NCBI GenBank assembly: GCA_012518675.1
Contig: JAAYRR010000094.1
Location: forward strand, 1 to 53,980
Reading direction: 5' to 3'
Source of the DNA: Bacillota bacterium
GTDB taxonomy: Bacteria; Bacillota; Dethiobacteria; DTU022; UBA8154
Length of the DNA stretch: 53,980 nucleotides
The notes under the pieces were generated by a model. The model made no database searches, was not told where the DNA came from, and was given only the letters and a program-made list of their open reading frames with translations. Both the position numbers and the translations under genes were made by a program. Numbering within the stretch: position 1 is the stretch's first letter; each line of letters begins with the position of its first letter. Of this stretch, positions 1-10,111 are shown piece after piece.

Positions 1-302
1 CCTAAAGTTTCAAAGGAAAAAGTCTGTTCCCGGGTAAGATCCCGTTCCCAAACGTATTTGGCCAGGCAGCGGATAGCATTGCCACACATTTCAGCCTCAC
101 TGCCATCTGCATTAAAAATACGCATTTCAAAAGCAGCCGCGCGGGAACCGTTTAAAAGAACCAGGCCATCAGCCCCCACCCCAAAGTTCCTTTGACAAAG
201 CCGGGCGGCCAGCCCCTGCAAAAAAGCAGGTTCCCATTGGTTTTGCAAATTATTGACAATAATAAAATCATTTCCCAGCCCGTGCATCTTGACAAATTCC
301 AT
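1..302 (-). CDS. dapF: diaminopimelate epimerase, N-terminal ~100 codons (gene runs off the window start)
   Basis: Not in the ORF track because it is truncated. My minus-strand translation from the ATG at 302 reads MEFVKMHGLGNDFIIVNN...EAEMCGNAIRCLAKY, the canonical DapF N-terminus and first catalytic Cys motif. It lies 35 nt downstream of lysA. Confidence 0.85.
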   Translation of the reverse strand, partial: MEFVKMHGLGNDFIIVNNLQNQWEPAFLQGLAARLCQRNFGVGADGLVLLNGSRAAAFEMRIFNADGSEAEMCGNAIRCLAKYVWERDLTREQTFSFETL

Positions 303-336
303 CGCTTTTCCCGCCTTTGCAAACATAAATGAAATA

Positions 337-1632
337 TTAACTTTGGTGCAAAGCAATCAGATCTGCATAGGTTTCCCGGCGCACAACAAGGCGGCTTTTA
401 CCATTGCGGACAAAAACCACGGCCGGCCGGGGATGACAGTTGTAATTGCTGGCCAGGGCATAACAGTAGGCACCGGTACTTAATACAGCAAGCAGATCAT
501 CTTTTTCCACCGGGGGCAGGTTAATATGTTCAATAAGCAAATCCCCCGATTCACAGGCTTTGCCGGCTACCGTCACTTTTTGGGTTGCTTCCCGGGCAGC
601 CTTATTGGCCAACACGGCTGCATAACGGGCCTGGTAAAGAGCCGGGCGGATGTTGTCCATCATACCGCCATCCACAGCAACATAGCGCCTGATACCGGGC
701 AGATCTTTAATGACCCCCACCCGGTAAAGGGTAAGGCCCGCCTCACCGACAATTGAACGGCCCGGTTCCAACAGCAGATCCGGCAAAGGGTAACCCTCTT
801 CTGTAGCAGCCTCCTTTACTGCCCGGGCTACAGTCTGGACAAAATCTTCAATAGAAGGAGGGTTGTCCACCTGTAGATAGCGGATACCCAGGCCCCCACC
901 CATATCCAGTTCGCAGGCCAGAAAACCCGTTTCTTTTTTTACGGCCGACATTAAACGCAACATCGACCGGGCCGCCAAAGCAAAGGATTCCAACTGAAAA
1001 ATTTGGGACCCGATATGGCAATGAAAACCTTTCAGTTCAAGAAACGGTGCGGCATGAAGCGCTATACGTACAGCCTGCAGGATTTCAGCAAAACCCAGCC
1101 CAAATTTGGAATCATCCTGCCCTGTTTGAATATAATCATGGGTATGGGCTTCTATGCCCGGTTTGAACCGTAACAAAACTGCTGTTTTCTGCTGTTGGGA
1201 CTGCACCAGTGCACACAGCTCCTGTAGCTCAACCAGGCTGTCGACCACAATCCTGCCCACCCCAGCCCGCAGAGCCTCCTGCAGTTCTACCCCGGACTTG
1301 TTGTTGCCATGAAAACAAATATCTTTGGCCGGAAAGCCGGCTTTTAAAGCAAGATACAGCTCCCCCCCGGAAACAACATCCAGCCCCAGCCCTGCCTCCT
1401 TAACCAAGTCAGCCATGGCCAGGGTCAGAAAAGCCTTACCGGCATAAAGAACCCTGCCGTGGGGATAACACAGCTGCAAAGCTTGTCGGTAGCGGCGGCA
1501 ATTTTCCCTGATTAACCCTTCATCCATCACATAAAGCGGTGTTCCATATTCAGCAGCCAAGTCTACTGTATCGCACCCGCCTATTTTTAGATGTTGTTTA
1601 CTGTTTATTTGTAAGCTTCCACTGTGAATCAC
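337..1632 (-). CDS. lysA: diaminopimelate decarboxylase
   Basis: 431-aa ORF with the fold-type III PLP decarboxylase pattern (YGTPLYVMDE, YAGKAF, HCHIGSQ, EPGRSIVG, CESGD). Apparent GTG start at 1632. Preceded by an L-box. Confidence 0.95.
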   Translation of the reverse strand: MIHSGSLQINSKQHLKIGGCDTVDLAAEYGTPLYVMDEGLIRENCRRYRQALQLCYPHGRVLYAGKAFLTLAMADLVKEAGLGLDVVSGGELYLALKAGFPAKDICFHGNNKSGVELQEALRAGVGRIVVDSLVELQELCALVQSQQQKTAVLLRFKPGIEAHTHDYIQTGQDDSKFGLGFAEILQAVRIALHAAPFLELKGFHCHIGSQIFQLESFALAARSMLRLMSAVKKETGFLACELDMGGGLGIRYLQVDNPPSIEDFVQTVARAVKEAATEEGYPLPDLLLEPGRSIVGEAGLTLYRVGVIKDLPGIRRYVAVDGGMMDNIRPALYQARYAAVLANKAAREATQKVTVAGKACESGDLLIEHINLPPVEKDDLLAVLSTGAYCYALASNYNCHPRPAVVFVRNGKSRLVVRRETYADLIALHQS

Positions 1633-1721
1633 CTCAAAGCCCCCCCGAGAAAAAGTAAAAAACGACTAACAGGTTTATACCGCCAGCCGTTTGTAAAAAC
1701 AGCCCCGCAAACCTCTACGCC

Positions 1722-1912
1722 CTGCATGAGATAGCGCTCCACCGGTAAAAAGGGCTTCTTTTACCGGTGACAGTCCGCCAGTTATTCACTGGTGGACCAG
1801 CTTTTAGCCTTGGGGCGGCTAAAAACTTCGGCGGCGGAACCTTTCCCCACAGTTCATCAAACCCCATTTTCCCTGTGTATACTCATTTCCTGCCGCACCT
1901 CTACCTCACCCC
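1722..1912 (-). promoter_or_regulatory. lysine riboswitch (L-box) leader of lysA-dapF
   Basis: The minus strand reads GAGGTAGAGGTGCGGCAGG...GAGTA...GGGGAAAGG..CCGCCGAAG...GCTGG...ACTGTCACC...GGTGGAGCGCTATCTC. These match the conserved L-box blocks known from B. subtilis lysC. The P1 helix GAGGTAG/CTATCTC closes the element. Confidence 0.75.
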
Positions 1913-1955
1913 GGGTTAAGAGATGAGGCAAATATATTATTTACCTTACCAGCGG

Positions 1956-2447
1956 CTATTCACTTTTACCGACAACTGCAGTTATAACCGCTTTAAAACG
2001 CTTGCCGGCCTGAAACTTTTTTTCCTGCCCTCTTAAAATTAAAAAAACAAAAACCATGGCCAGCAATCCCAAGGCCAGCCCCCCTAAATCGGGGCTAATA
2101 TGCAGACCATAGCCGCTAGCTAAACTTCTGCCGGCAAAAAGACCTGCCAATAGAGCCAAAACCGGCAGGATATAAAGAAGAAATGCAGCATAAAGTATTT
2201 CCTGCGATTGTGTTTCCAGGCGGACTACTTCCCCTTTTTGGGCGCCAACGGGGTTCATTACTTCTACCAGCAGATGTCCTTTTTCTGCCGGATCACCGAA
2301 AAAACCCACACAGGCGCCACAGCCGGTGCAGGCAGAATGTTGGTGCACCCTAACCAGCGCCCTGTTATTTTCCACAAGCTCCATGACCAACCCCAATTGT
2401 TCCATGGCTTTGACCTGCTCCTTTTCTTCAGTATAAACGCATTTCAC
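1956..2447 (-). CDS. RseC/SoxR-reducing-system family membrane protein
   Basis: Has the N-terminal Cys cluster CTGCGAC followed by two hydrophobic helices, typical of RseC/MucC-like proteins. The more likely start is the ATG at 2405 (MEQLGLV), which follows AAGGAG. Confidence 0.7.
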   Translation of the reverse strand: MKCVYTEEKEQVKAMEQLGLVMELVENNRALVRVHQHSACTGCGACVGFFGDPAEKGHLLVEVMNPVGAQKGEVVRLETQSQEILYAAFLLYILPVLALLAGLFAGRSLASGYGLHISPDLGGLALGLLAMVFVFLILRGQEKKFQAGKRFKAVITAVVGKSE

Positions 2448-2724
2448 CCGAAAATCAAGGCATCATTAAGTTTACCCCAAAACCAGCTTACTACCCTGGG
2501 GGGCCAGCCGCCGCCGTTAACGCCGGCACCGGGATCAATAAAATTTCCCCCCATAAAATACCAGGGTGTTTCCGGGGTGCAGGCTGGGGAAGATGAGAGA
2601 AAAACTGGAGCACACCCCGTTCCACAACCCAACCTCTTAGGGGATACTGCAGGCCCGGCAATAAAGGAAAGTCATGCAACATTTCACTGTGCCCCAAACA
2701 GGTCAAGGCAGAACGCCACCCGGT

Positions 2725-2783
2725 CAAAATAAAGCGTCACCTGGTCAAAGGGGGAATAAACCCTCAACAACCAGGCGACGCTT
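2725..2783 (-). terminator. hairpin terminator after the flx/hdr/etf operon
   Basis: 13-bp stem AAGCGTCGCCTGG / CCAGGTGACGCTT. On the minus-strand RNA the single imperfection is a G-U pair. It is followed by TATTTT and lies 48 nt after the stop at 2831. Confidence 0.5.
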
Positions 2784-2830
2784 AATTTTGCTTTTAACTA
2801 ATACTTATTCCCTTATTCAGGCAAATATGC

Positions 2831-3679
2831 TTAGGCAAAGGCCTCCGGAATGCTTTTTAAGGTAGCATAACTGAAAACCGGCCCGTCCTTGCAGACGTAA
2901 AGATGGGCCACGTTACAGCGGCCGCATTTGCCGATGCCGCATTTCATCCTATTTTCAAGGGTAGTGTAGATCTGCTCATCGGTAAAGTTCAGCTCTTTCA
3001 GGTTTTGCAGAACAAAGTTAATCATCACCGGCGGTCCACAGGTGATCGCAATCGTGTTTTCCGGCGAAGGATCCACTTCCATGAGCAATGAAGGAACAAA
3101 ACCTACGTAATGTTCCCAGCCTTCTTCTTCAATGTCAATGGAAAGATGATAGTTAACATCATCCCGTTCATCCAATGCTTTAAATTCATCTTTAAAGCAA
3201 AGGTCTGCAGAAGTCCGGGCCCCATAGATCAGGCTTAACCCTTTATAATCTGCCCGGTTGGCCTTGACGTATTCAATAATCGGACGCAGGGGAGCCTGCC
3301 CGATACCACCACCGATTGTTAGGATATTTTTTCCCTTCCAATCATCAACGGGAAAGCTGTTGCCGTAAGGGCCGCGGACAGTCATCTTATCACCGGGTTC
3401 AAGCTCATGCAAAGCCTGGGTAACCTTGCCCGCACGCATCACTGAAAACCGCAGGAATTTACCCTCTGTAGGGGAACAGGAGATCGAAATCATGCTCTCT
3501 CCCACTCCTAAAATTCCAATCATGGCACATTGGCCCGGACGGTGTGACCAGTTTTCCCTTATTTCTTCATCATCGAGGACAACTTTAAAGGTTTTAATGG
3601 CACGATCGCCGTATGTTTCCTGCCAGGTATCCTCAATGGTTGCTATTTCAGGTTTATAGGGATTAGCTATCTCTTTCAT
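2831..3679 (-). CDS. FAD/NAD(P)H-binding oxidoreductase with C-terminal [2Fe-2S] site (FlxA / PyrK / AsrB-like)
   Basis: 282 aa. Ferredoxin-NADP reductase-type fold (RFSV, GGGIGQAP) and a C-terminal Cys cluster CGIGKCGRC. Overlaps the upstream gene by 4 nt. Confidence 0.8.
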   Translation of the reverse strand: MKEIANPYKPEIATIEDTWQETYGDRAIKTFKVVLDDEEIRENWSHRPGQCAMIGILGVGESMISISCSPTEGKFLRFSVMRAGKVTQALHELEPGDKMTVRGPYGNSFPVDDWKGKNILTIGGGIGQAPLRPIIEYVKANRADYKGLSLIYGARTSADLCFKDEFKALDERDDVNYHLSIDIEEEGWEHYVGFVPSLLMEVDPSPENTIAITCGPPVMINFVLQNLKELNFTDEQIYTTLENRMKCGIGKCGRCNVAHLYVCKDGPVFSYATLKSIPEAFA

Positions 3680-4698
3680 ATTGCCTCCTTAATAACCTCT
3701 GCTAAAATGTTGAGGATATCAATATTAACCGGACAAAGGTTAATACACCGGCCACAGCCTACACAAGCGATCTTACCGAACTTGGTTGCAAAATAGGAAT
3801 ACTTATGGTTAACCCGGTTACGTGTACGCTCGCGAACGGTAGGCCGGGGGTTATGTCCTGACGCATGCAGCGTGTACTCCGCAAACATACAGGAATCCCA
3901 TACCCGGCATCTACGGCCCTCCAGCCCTTCCGCCTCATCTTGAATATCAAAACAATAGCAGGTTGGGCAGAGGAAGGTACAGGTTCCACATCCCAAGCAG
4001 GCTCTGGAAAGATCCTGCCAGAGAGAATGATCCCAAAGTTCCATCAGTTTTTCTGTAACTCCTTCGGTATCAACCTTGCGGACAATTTTGCCGGCAGCCT
4101 CCTGGTGCAGCTTTTCGGCAGCGGCTGCGTCTTCCTCTGTCGCCTGTTCCAGCACCTCTGCCGCCTCCCGGCAAAGATTGTTCCCTTTTTCCGTCAGGGG
4201 CTGTAAAAGATATACCTCCCCCAGATCCGTAAGCAATAAATCCAGCCCTTCTGTAGAGGCCGGGCCGCCGCCGACAGAGGTACAAAAACAATTTACCTCC
4301 GGATCGGAACAGGCCAAACCAACCACCGTCGTTTTTTCCCGCTTGCCCTGGTAGTAGGGATCGTTATAATCCCAGGAAAAAAGGTCATCAACAATGGCCA
4401 TAGCCCGGGCATCACAGGGTCTTACCCCTAGCAGCACCTTTTCAGCTTCATCATCCGGTAAATTCAGATCTGTTTTTCCCAGTTCATACCGGTATAAAGT
4501 TTCTGTTTGCGGAAAAAGGACGCTTTTCGGTGGAACAGTCGTGTTGGAAAACTCCAGATCAAGCTTATCCTCCGGGGTAATGGGAACAAACCGGAGGGTT
4601 TCCCCCACTTTCTGGGGGGCATACAGCTGTTTATCCAGAGCTGCTAAAAAGTCACCAAACTTCTCTTTACCTATTTTCATCCTTTCCATAGTACCCAC
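3676..4698 (-). CDS. 4Fe-4S dicluster protein (FlxB / AsrA / sulfhydrogenase-beta-like)
   Basis: 340 aa with CLGCGTCTFLCPTCYC and CVGCGRCINLCP ferredoxin motifs. Translationally coupled on both sides. Confidence 0.75.
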   Translation of the reverse strand: MGTMERMKIGKEKFGDFLAALDKQLYAPQKVGETLRFVPITPEDKLDLEFSNTTVPPKSVLFPQTETLYRYELGKTDLNLPDDEAEKVLLGVRPCDARAMAIVDDLFSWDYNDPYYQGKREKTTVVGLACSDPEVNCFCTSVGGGPASTEGLDLLLTDLGEVYLLQPLTEKGNNLCREAAEVLEQATEEDAAAAEKLHQEAAGKIVRKVDTEGVTEKLMELWDHSLWQDLSRACLGCGTCTFLCPTCYCFDIQDEAEGLEGRRCRVWDSCMFAEYTLHASGHNPRPTVRERTRNRVNHKYSYFATKFGKIACVGCGRCINLCPVNIDILNILAEVIKEAI

Positions 4699-4700
4699 CC

Positions 4701-5705
4701 CTAGAGAATGAAGTCTTCCTTATCGTCAGGACGATAGCTGGATTGCAACGGTTTAGCTTCGGGATCGATCCCGGGCCTGTACCCATATTTTTCTTCAACT
4801 TCTTTTGAAAACTTCTGGTTGAGTTTCATCAACGGTATATCAACCGGGCAGACCCTTTCACATTCACCGCATTCAATACAGCGCCCGGCAAGGTGAAACG
4901 CACGGGACAGATGAAAAGCCGTATTTTCTGAAATATTGGTAGAACGATAGATCCAGCTGGGATTAAGCCGATCCAAGATACAGTCCTTGCAATAACACAT
5001 GGGGCAAACGTTGCGGCAGGAGTAACACCTAATACAGCTGCTAAATTTGTCCTCCCAAAACGCCCAGCGTTCTTCCGCACTTTTTGCCTCTAATTCTTTA
5101 ACATCCTGATATTCCCCGTTTCCCCAGGCTTCGATCTCCTCACCCAATGTTATATCCGCTATAACAGGGTTGGGATCACGGCAGTCCAAACATTTCTGGG
5201 CCAGCACTTCTTCCCTGGGGACCTCTACAACACCTTCCGGCAGTTGAAAAATAATTTTATCCTTTCCCCACTGGGCCGCTACCGGATCCAGAATATGGGG
5301 AAACTTTGCCTCCACCTTTTTTAAATCTAGCACTCCCTCACAGGGACAGCCGATAATGTACAGCTCTTCCCTTTTAATGCCCTGTTCAATTAACTGCTGG
5401 ACAACAGCGCGGCTGTCACAGCCTTTAACCATGACGGCAACTTTGCGCGTATCAGGTTTTTCTCCCCGGGGGAGCGGCAGTTTTTCCGTTACAATGAGAT
5501 AGGATGCCAGGTTATTGGTACAAAGAGGTGAAAAGATCAACTGCTCTGCCTCTCCCGGCTCCTCTATAAAACATGGAGTTACCCTAAAGCCATAGGTTCC
5601 CTGTCTCCAACCGATCAGATATTTAACGTCGTCCCGGGAGATGGTCTCTTTGGCTACAGTTCTGAGTTTTTCCAGGTCTACCAAGCGATCCCCCTCCTCT
5701 ACCAA
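4701..5705 (-). CDS. Fe-S cluster protein (FlxC-like, hydrogenase Fe-S subunit-like)
   Basis: 334 aa with CIRCYSCRNVCPMCYC and CIECGECERVCP. An alternative TTG start at 5684 has a better GAGGAGGGGG Shine-Dalgarno. Confidence 0.7.
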   Translation of the reverse strand: MVEEGDRLVDLEKLRTVAKETISRDDVKYLIGWRQGTYGFRVTPCFIEEPGEAEQLIFSPLCTNNLASYLIVTEKLPLPRGEKPDTRKVAVMVKGCDSRAVVQQLIEQGIKREELYIIGCPCEGVLDLKKVEAKFPHILDPVAAQWGKDKIIFQLPEGVVEVPREEVLAQKCLDCRDPNPVIADITLGEEIEAWGNGEYQDVKELEAKSAEERWAFWEDKFSSCIRCYSCRNVCPMCYCKDCILDRLNPSWIYRSTNISENTAFHLSRAFHLAGRCIECGECERVCPVDIPLMKLNQKFSKEVEEKYGYRPGIDPEAKPLQSSYRPDDKEDFIL

Positions 5706-6133
5706 TTGATCTTGTTGCGCCGGAATTGTTCAAAAGGCCCGGCTTCTTTGGCATTTTCAACAACTTCTTCCACCACATCTTTCCACTTGGCACCTTCAGA
5801 GGCGGAAACCCAGCTCATATTAAAACGCTTGGCATCCACACCCACATAATTTAGCAACTCGTTCATCAATGTAAACCGGCGGCGGGCGTAGAAGTTACCT
5901 TCCATATAGTGACAGTCGCCCGGATGGCAGCCGGAAACCAGGACACCATCAGCGCCCTGCTGTAAAGCATTGACAATAAAAAGGGGGTTAACCCTGCCGC
6001 TGCACATAACCCTGATAATGTCCAGGTTAGTAGGATATTGTATCCTGCTGGTTCCTGCCAAATCAGCACCGGCATAGGAGCACCAGTTACATAAAAAAGC
6101 GATGACACTCGGTTCAAATTGTTGTTCGCTCAT
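5699..6133 (-). CDS. mvhD: methyl-viologen-reducing hydrogenase delta subunit family protein (MvhD/FlxD)
   Basis: MSEQQFEPSVIAFLCNWCSYAGADLAG...MCSGRV...GCHPGDCHY is the MvhD signature. Its ATG overlaps the hdrA stop as ATGA at 6130-6133. I do not believe the longer track ORF reaching 6235. Confidence 0.9.
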   Translation of the reverse strand: MSEQQFEPSVIAFLCNWCSYAGADLAGTSRIQYPTNLDIIRVMCSGRVNPLFIVNALQQGADGVLVSGCHPGDCHYMEGNFYARRRFTLMNELLNYVGVDAKRFNMSWVSASEGAKWKDVVEEVVENAKEAGPFEQFRRNKINW

Positions 6134-8142
6134 CTCATAACCCCCAATGCAGCAATTTGTGGCAATATCTGGCCATCCATAAAAGATTTCTGCTGGGCAG
6201 AACCGGAGAAACAGCCGGCAACACAAGCGCCGCACCCCTTACACAAGGCGTCGTTGACCCTGGCCACCAAGGCCTCGTGTCCAAATTGGTTCACTGTTAC
6301 CAGTTCAATAGCACTGTAAGGACAGATCTCCACACAGTAGCCACAGCCCCGGCAGGTATCTTCGTTAATATGTGAAACCTGGGCCTGAACCTTGACTTTG
6401 CCACTGGAAAGCAAAACCAGTGCTGATGAAGCGGCCCCTTTGGCCTGGGCAACAGTATCCGGAATGTCCTTGGGGCCCTGGGCACAACCCGCCAGGAAAA
6501 CACCGTCAGTAGCCGTGTCTACAGGGGCCAACTTGGGGTGGGCCTCCATATAGAAACGGTCCCCTGATTGGGACAACCGTAAAATATCGATTATTTCCCG
6601 GGCATCCCTGCGGGGTTCCAGTCCTACTGCCAGGACGACCAGATCGACTTCATCTTCTACCGGGGTAGAGGTCAGTGTATTTTCCGCTTTGACAACGAGC
6701 TTGTCGCCACGCTTAAATACTTCCGAGGGATTGCCGCGGATATAGCGGACCCCTTCCCGCCGGACACGGTCATAAAATTCCTCAAACCCCTTGCCAAAAG
6801 CCCGGACATCCATATAATAAACCCTGACATTGGCATCTGGAATTTTTTCTGTCAGTAAATGTGCCAGTTTGGCTGTATACATACAGCAGACACGGGAACA
6901 ATATTCGTTGCCTACACTCTTGTCCCGCGAGCCGACACATTTAATAAAAGCAATATCCTTGGGCACATACGCATCGTCACCCTTACCGATCAGGATATCG
7001 CCTCCGGTGGGGCCGGAGGCGGAAACCAGCCGCTCCAACTCCAGGCCGGTGATGACATTTTCATAGTCGTTGTAACCATATTCCGGTTTCCGGGAGGCAT
7101 CGAACACATCGAAACCAGTAGCAACAATGATCGAACCAACCTTAAATTCTACGATTTCATCCTCTTGTTCGAAATTAATGGCCCCGGTACCACAGGCATC
7201 CACACATTTGGGAGATTTCCCGCATTTACCCCGGGTCAGCATCAGGCAACGTTCCGGGTCAATGGTATACTTGGCCGGCACGGCTTGAGGGAAAGGAAGG
7301 TAGATTGCGGCCCTTTTACCCATACCTTCATCAAATTCGCTGGGAATTCGCCCCGTTAAACGGCACTCCTGGGCACAAACCCCGCAACCGGTACACTTGT
7401 CCATATCCACATAGCGAGCCTTTTTGCGCACCTTGACATCAAAATTACCCACATAGCCGGAGACATCCTCCACCTGGGAATAGGTTAACAGTTCAATATT
7501 GGGATGGCTGGCCACATCCACCATTTTTGGTGTCAGAATACAGGCCGAGCAGTCCAATGTCGGGAATGTTTTATCCAGCTGGGACATCCTGCCCCCGACA
7601 GAGGGGGTTTTTTCAACCAGGTAAACTTTAAAACCGGCTTCGGCAATATCCAAAGCCGCCTGTATACCGGCAATACCCGCGCCGATGATCAAGGAGGCCG
7701 GTTCAACATCCACCTCTTTTTCCTGTAAGGGTTCCAGCAAGCGTGCCTTGACCGCAGCCGCAGCCACCAGCCTTTTGGCCTTGGCTGTAGCTTTTTCGCG
7801 ATCCCCGTGGACCCAGGAACAGTGTTCCCTGATGTTGGCCATTTCCAGATAATAAGGATTCAACCCTGCTTCTGCAAGGGTTTTGCGAAAAGTCAGCTCG
7901 TGCATGCGGGGGGAACAGGAGGCTACCACGACGCGGTTTAAGCCCTCATTTTTAATATCTTCCCGGATCAGCGCCTGTCCGGGGTCAGAACACATGTAGG
8001 AATATTCGCGTGCCACCCTTACATTCGGTAACTGGGAGGCAAACTCCGCTACGGCTTCAACATCCACCGTATGGGAAATGTTGATTCCGCAGTGACAGAC
8101 ATACACACCTATTTTGGGCTTGTTGTTCATTGCATCTTTCAT
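6130..8142 (-). CDS. hdrA: heterodisulfide reductase subunit A-like flavoprotein
   Basis: 670 aa. N-terminal CHCGINIS cluster site, GAGIAGIQAALDIAEAG FAD fold, inserted ferredoxin CTGCGVCAQEC, and C-terminal CRGCGYCVEICP and CKGCGACVAGC. Confidence 0.93.
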   Translation of the reverse strand: MKDAMNNKPKIGVYVCHCGINISHTVDVEAVAEFASQLPNVRVAREYSYMCSDPGQALIREDIKNEGLNRVVVASCSPRMHELTFRKTLAEAGLNPYYLEMANIREHCSWVHGDREKATAKAKRLVAAAAVKARLLEPLQEKEVDVEPASLIIGAGIAGIQAALDIAEAGFKVYLVEKTPSVGGRMSQLDKTFPTLDCSACILTPKMVDVASHPNIELLTYSQVEDVSGYVGNFDVKVRKKARYVDMDKCTGCGVCAQECRLTGRIPSEFDEGMGKRAAIYLPFPQAVPAKYTIDPERCLMLTRGKCGKSPKCVDACGTGAINFEQEDEIVEFKVGSIIVATGFDVFDASRKPEYGYNDYENVITGLELERLVSASGPTGGDILIGKGDDAYVPKDIAFIKCVGSRDKSVGNEYCSRVCCMYTAKLAHLLTEKIPDANVRVYYMDVRAFGKGFEEFYDRVRREGVRYIRGNPSEVFKRGDKLVVKAENTLTSTPVEDEVDLVVLAVGLEPRRDAREIIDILRLSQSGDRFYMEAHPKLAPVDTATDGVFLAGCAQGPKDIPDTVAQAKGAASSALVLLSSGKVKVQAQVSHINEDTCRGCGYCVEICPYSAIELVTVNQFGHEALVARVNDALCKGCGACVAGCFSGSAQQKSFMDGQILPQIAALGVMR

Positions 8143-8197
8143 CCTCCAACCAAGAATAACTGATCATGCCTATCTGCAAAAAACATTTTTTTCCCGA

Positions 8198-9172
8198 TTA
8201 ACCCCGCAGTTCTTTCAGCTTTTCCGCCATCTTGGGAACTACCTTAAAAAGATCATCAACGATAGCAAAATCAGCTACAGTAAAGATAGGTGCATCGGGG
8301 TCCCTGTTAATGGCCACGATGGTTTTCGATCCCTTGATACCGGCAATATGCTGGAAAGCACCGGAAATACCAATAGCGATGTAGAGTTTGGGCTTGACCG
8401 TTTTACCGGAGGTGCCCACCTGACGATCGTGAGGCAGCCAGCCAGCATCAGTTGCAGCACGCGAGCCGCAAAGATCGGCGTTAATGGCTGCAGCCAGCTC
8501 TTCGATCATCGCCATATTCTTGTCTTCCTTAACTCCCCGTCCCACCGCAATGAGAATTTCCGACTGGGTAATATCAACATCGCCCACTTCGGCCTCTAAA
8601 TATTCCACAAAACGGCGATATTCAATATCTTCCTTCAAGGGAGAATCGATTTTTTCGATCTGGCCTTCCTTGGAGGGTTCAGCTGCTTCAAGACTGGCCT
8701 CCCGGAAGGTGATTAAGTAAGGTGCCTCTCCTTTAAAGGCAAAGTTGGCGTTGACCTTGCCCTGGTAATATTGACGTATCGGTTGCAGTTTGCCGTCTGC
8801 AACCTGCACATCGAACACGTCGGCAATGAAAGGCATTTTCATTTCCACAGCCAGCGCCGGGGCCAAATCCACACCCTGCGTTGTATGGCCAATCATAAAA
8901 AGTTCGGGCTTATACTGGTTAATCAGTTCCACCAAAACCTTCTGATATTTTTCGGAGTTGTAGTCTGCAAAAAGAGGATCATCGACATAAAGAACTTTAT
9001 CGCTGTAACCGGCCAATGTTTCCGCAAAGGAGTCCACGCCGCTGCCCAGAAGGACCGCCACCGTGGAACCACCTAATTCTGCAGCCAACGCGGAAGCCTT
9101 GGTCAGCATTTCCTGCGAAACTTCCCGTAATGCTCCTTGGCGATGTTCAGCTAAAACAAATACGTCACCCAT
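8198..9172 (-). CDS. etfA: electron transfer flavoprotein alpha subunit
   Basis: 324 aa. Conserved C-terminal FAD-binding block [46 protein letters not shown]. Confidence 0.93.
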   Translation of the reverse strand: MGDVFVLAEHRQGALREVSQEMLTKASALAAELGGSTVAVLLGSGVDSFAETLAGYSDKVLYVDDPLFADYNSEKYQKVLVELINQYKPELFMIGHTTQGVDLAPALAVEMKMPFIADVFDVQVADGKLQPIRQYYQGKVNANFAFKGEAPYLITFREASLEAAEPSKEGQIEKIDSPLKEDIEYRRFVEYLEAEVGDVDITQSEILIAVGRGVKEDKNMAMIEELAAAINADLCGSRAATDAGWLPHDRQVGTSGKTVKPKLYIAIGISGAFQHIAGIKGSKTIVAINRDPDAPIFTVADFAIVDDLFKVVPKMAEKLKELRG

Positions 9173-9961
9173 TTAGAGCAGTCCTCCTTTCACTAATTTT
9201 GTAGCCATAATTTCTGCTTTTTCTTCCGGTTCACCTTCGATAATCTCCGCCGTGGAGACCACCTCGGGGATATAAAATTCTTTCATCTCAATCAGAGAGC
9301 CGGCAGCACCAACCTCTTCTTCGCTGAGATTCAGATCTTCTATTTTCAACACCTTCAGTTCTTTCTTCTGTGCCTGCCGAATACCCCTGATGGGAGCATA
9401 GCGGGGTTCGTTGATCCCGGTCTGGATAGTAACAACAGCCGGCAGGGTAACCTCCACAACCTCTATGACTCCCCCTTCCAATTCCCGGTGAGCCTTGATC
9501 TTGCCGTCTTCAACTTCTACCTTTTTAACCATGGCGGCATGGGGTATACCCAATTCTTCGGCCAATGCCACCCCGGTGGACATGTTGCCGTCATCGTTGG
9601 ACATACATCCGGTTAATACCAGATCAAATTCCTGCCCTTTAATCGCTGCAGCAAGGGCCTTGGCTGACTGCAAGGGATCACGGGCATTAATCCGTGGATC
9701 GTCGATACGCATTGCGCTGTCGCCACCTTTGGCTAAAGCCATGCGGATCATTACATCAGCATCTGCCGGCCCCATACAAATAACCTGGACCGTCCCTCCC
9801 TTAGCTTCCTTGATCAATACTGCTTCTTCAACCGCATAGTTGTCAGCATCGTTGATATCAAAAGAAAACTTGCTGCTGTCAACATCCTTGCCTGTTGCAT
9901 CCACCTTTACTTCTGCCTCTGATGTATCCGGCACTCTTTTGATACAGACAAACGTTTTCAT
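9173..9961 (-). CDS. etfB: electron transfer flavoprotein beta subunit
   Basis: 262 aa, MKTFVCIKRVPDT N-terminus typical of EtfB. Its stop abuts the etfA start. Confidence 0.93.
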   Translation of the reverse strand: MKTFVCIKRVPDTSEAEVKVDATGKDVDSSKFSFDINDADNYAVEEAVLIKEAKGGTVQVICMGPADADVMIRMALAKGGDSAMRIDDPRINARDPLQSAKALAAAIKGQEFDLVLTGCMSNDDGNMSTGVALAEELGIPHAAMVKKVEVEDGKIKAHRELEGGVIEVVEVTLPAVVTIQTGINEPRYAPIRGIRQAQKKELKVLKIEDLNLSEEEVGAAGSLIEMKEFYIPEVVSTAEIIEGEPEEKAEIMATKLVKGGLL

Positions 9962-10111
9962 GAAAGCTCCACCTCCTGTAGACAGTTATTTTTCAAAAGA
10001 TGGGCCCTTAAAAACCCAGAAGAAAAAATTTTAAAGTATCCCCCCTTTAAACTGGAAGCATCATCGTCTGAATGCAATCCACATAATTTCAATAATAACA
10101 GTATAAGGACA

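Noticed and set aside
5699-6235. Track ORF giving MvhD a 34-aa N-terminal extension that overlaps hdrA by 105 nt.
   Set aside because: The extension (MRRLCCRLFLRFCPAE...) is Cys/Arg-rich shadow sequence inside hdrA. The ATG at 6133 forms an ATGA stop-start overlap with hdrA and yields the canonical MvhD N-terminus.
6130-8142. Looked for in-frame UGA (selenocysteine) in HdrA, MvhD and the other redox subunits, because selABC are adjacent.
   Set aside because: All ORFs in 2831-11260 are uninterrupted at full expected length, with Cys at the usual cluster and active positions. No split same-frame ORF pairs were seen.
6859-8599. Plus-strand ORFs of 160-166 aa (6859-7359, 8114-8599) antisense to hdrA/etfA.
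   Set aside because: They have biased, low-complexity composition and no SD, and they lie fully inside strongly supported minus-strand genes. These are typical shadow ORFs.
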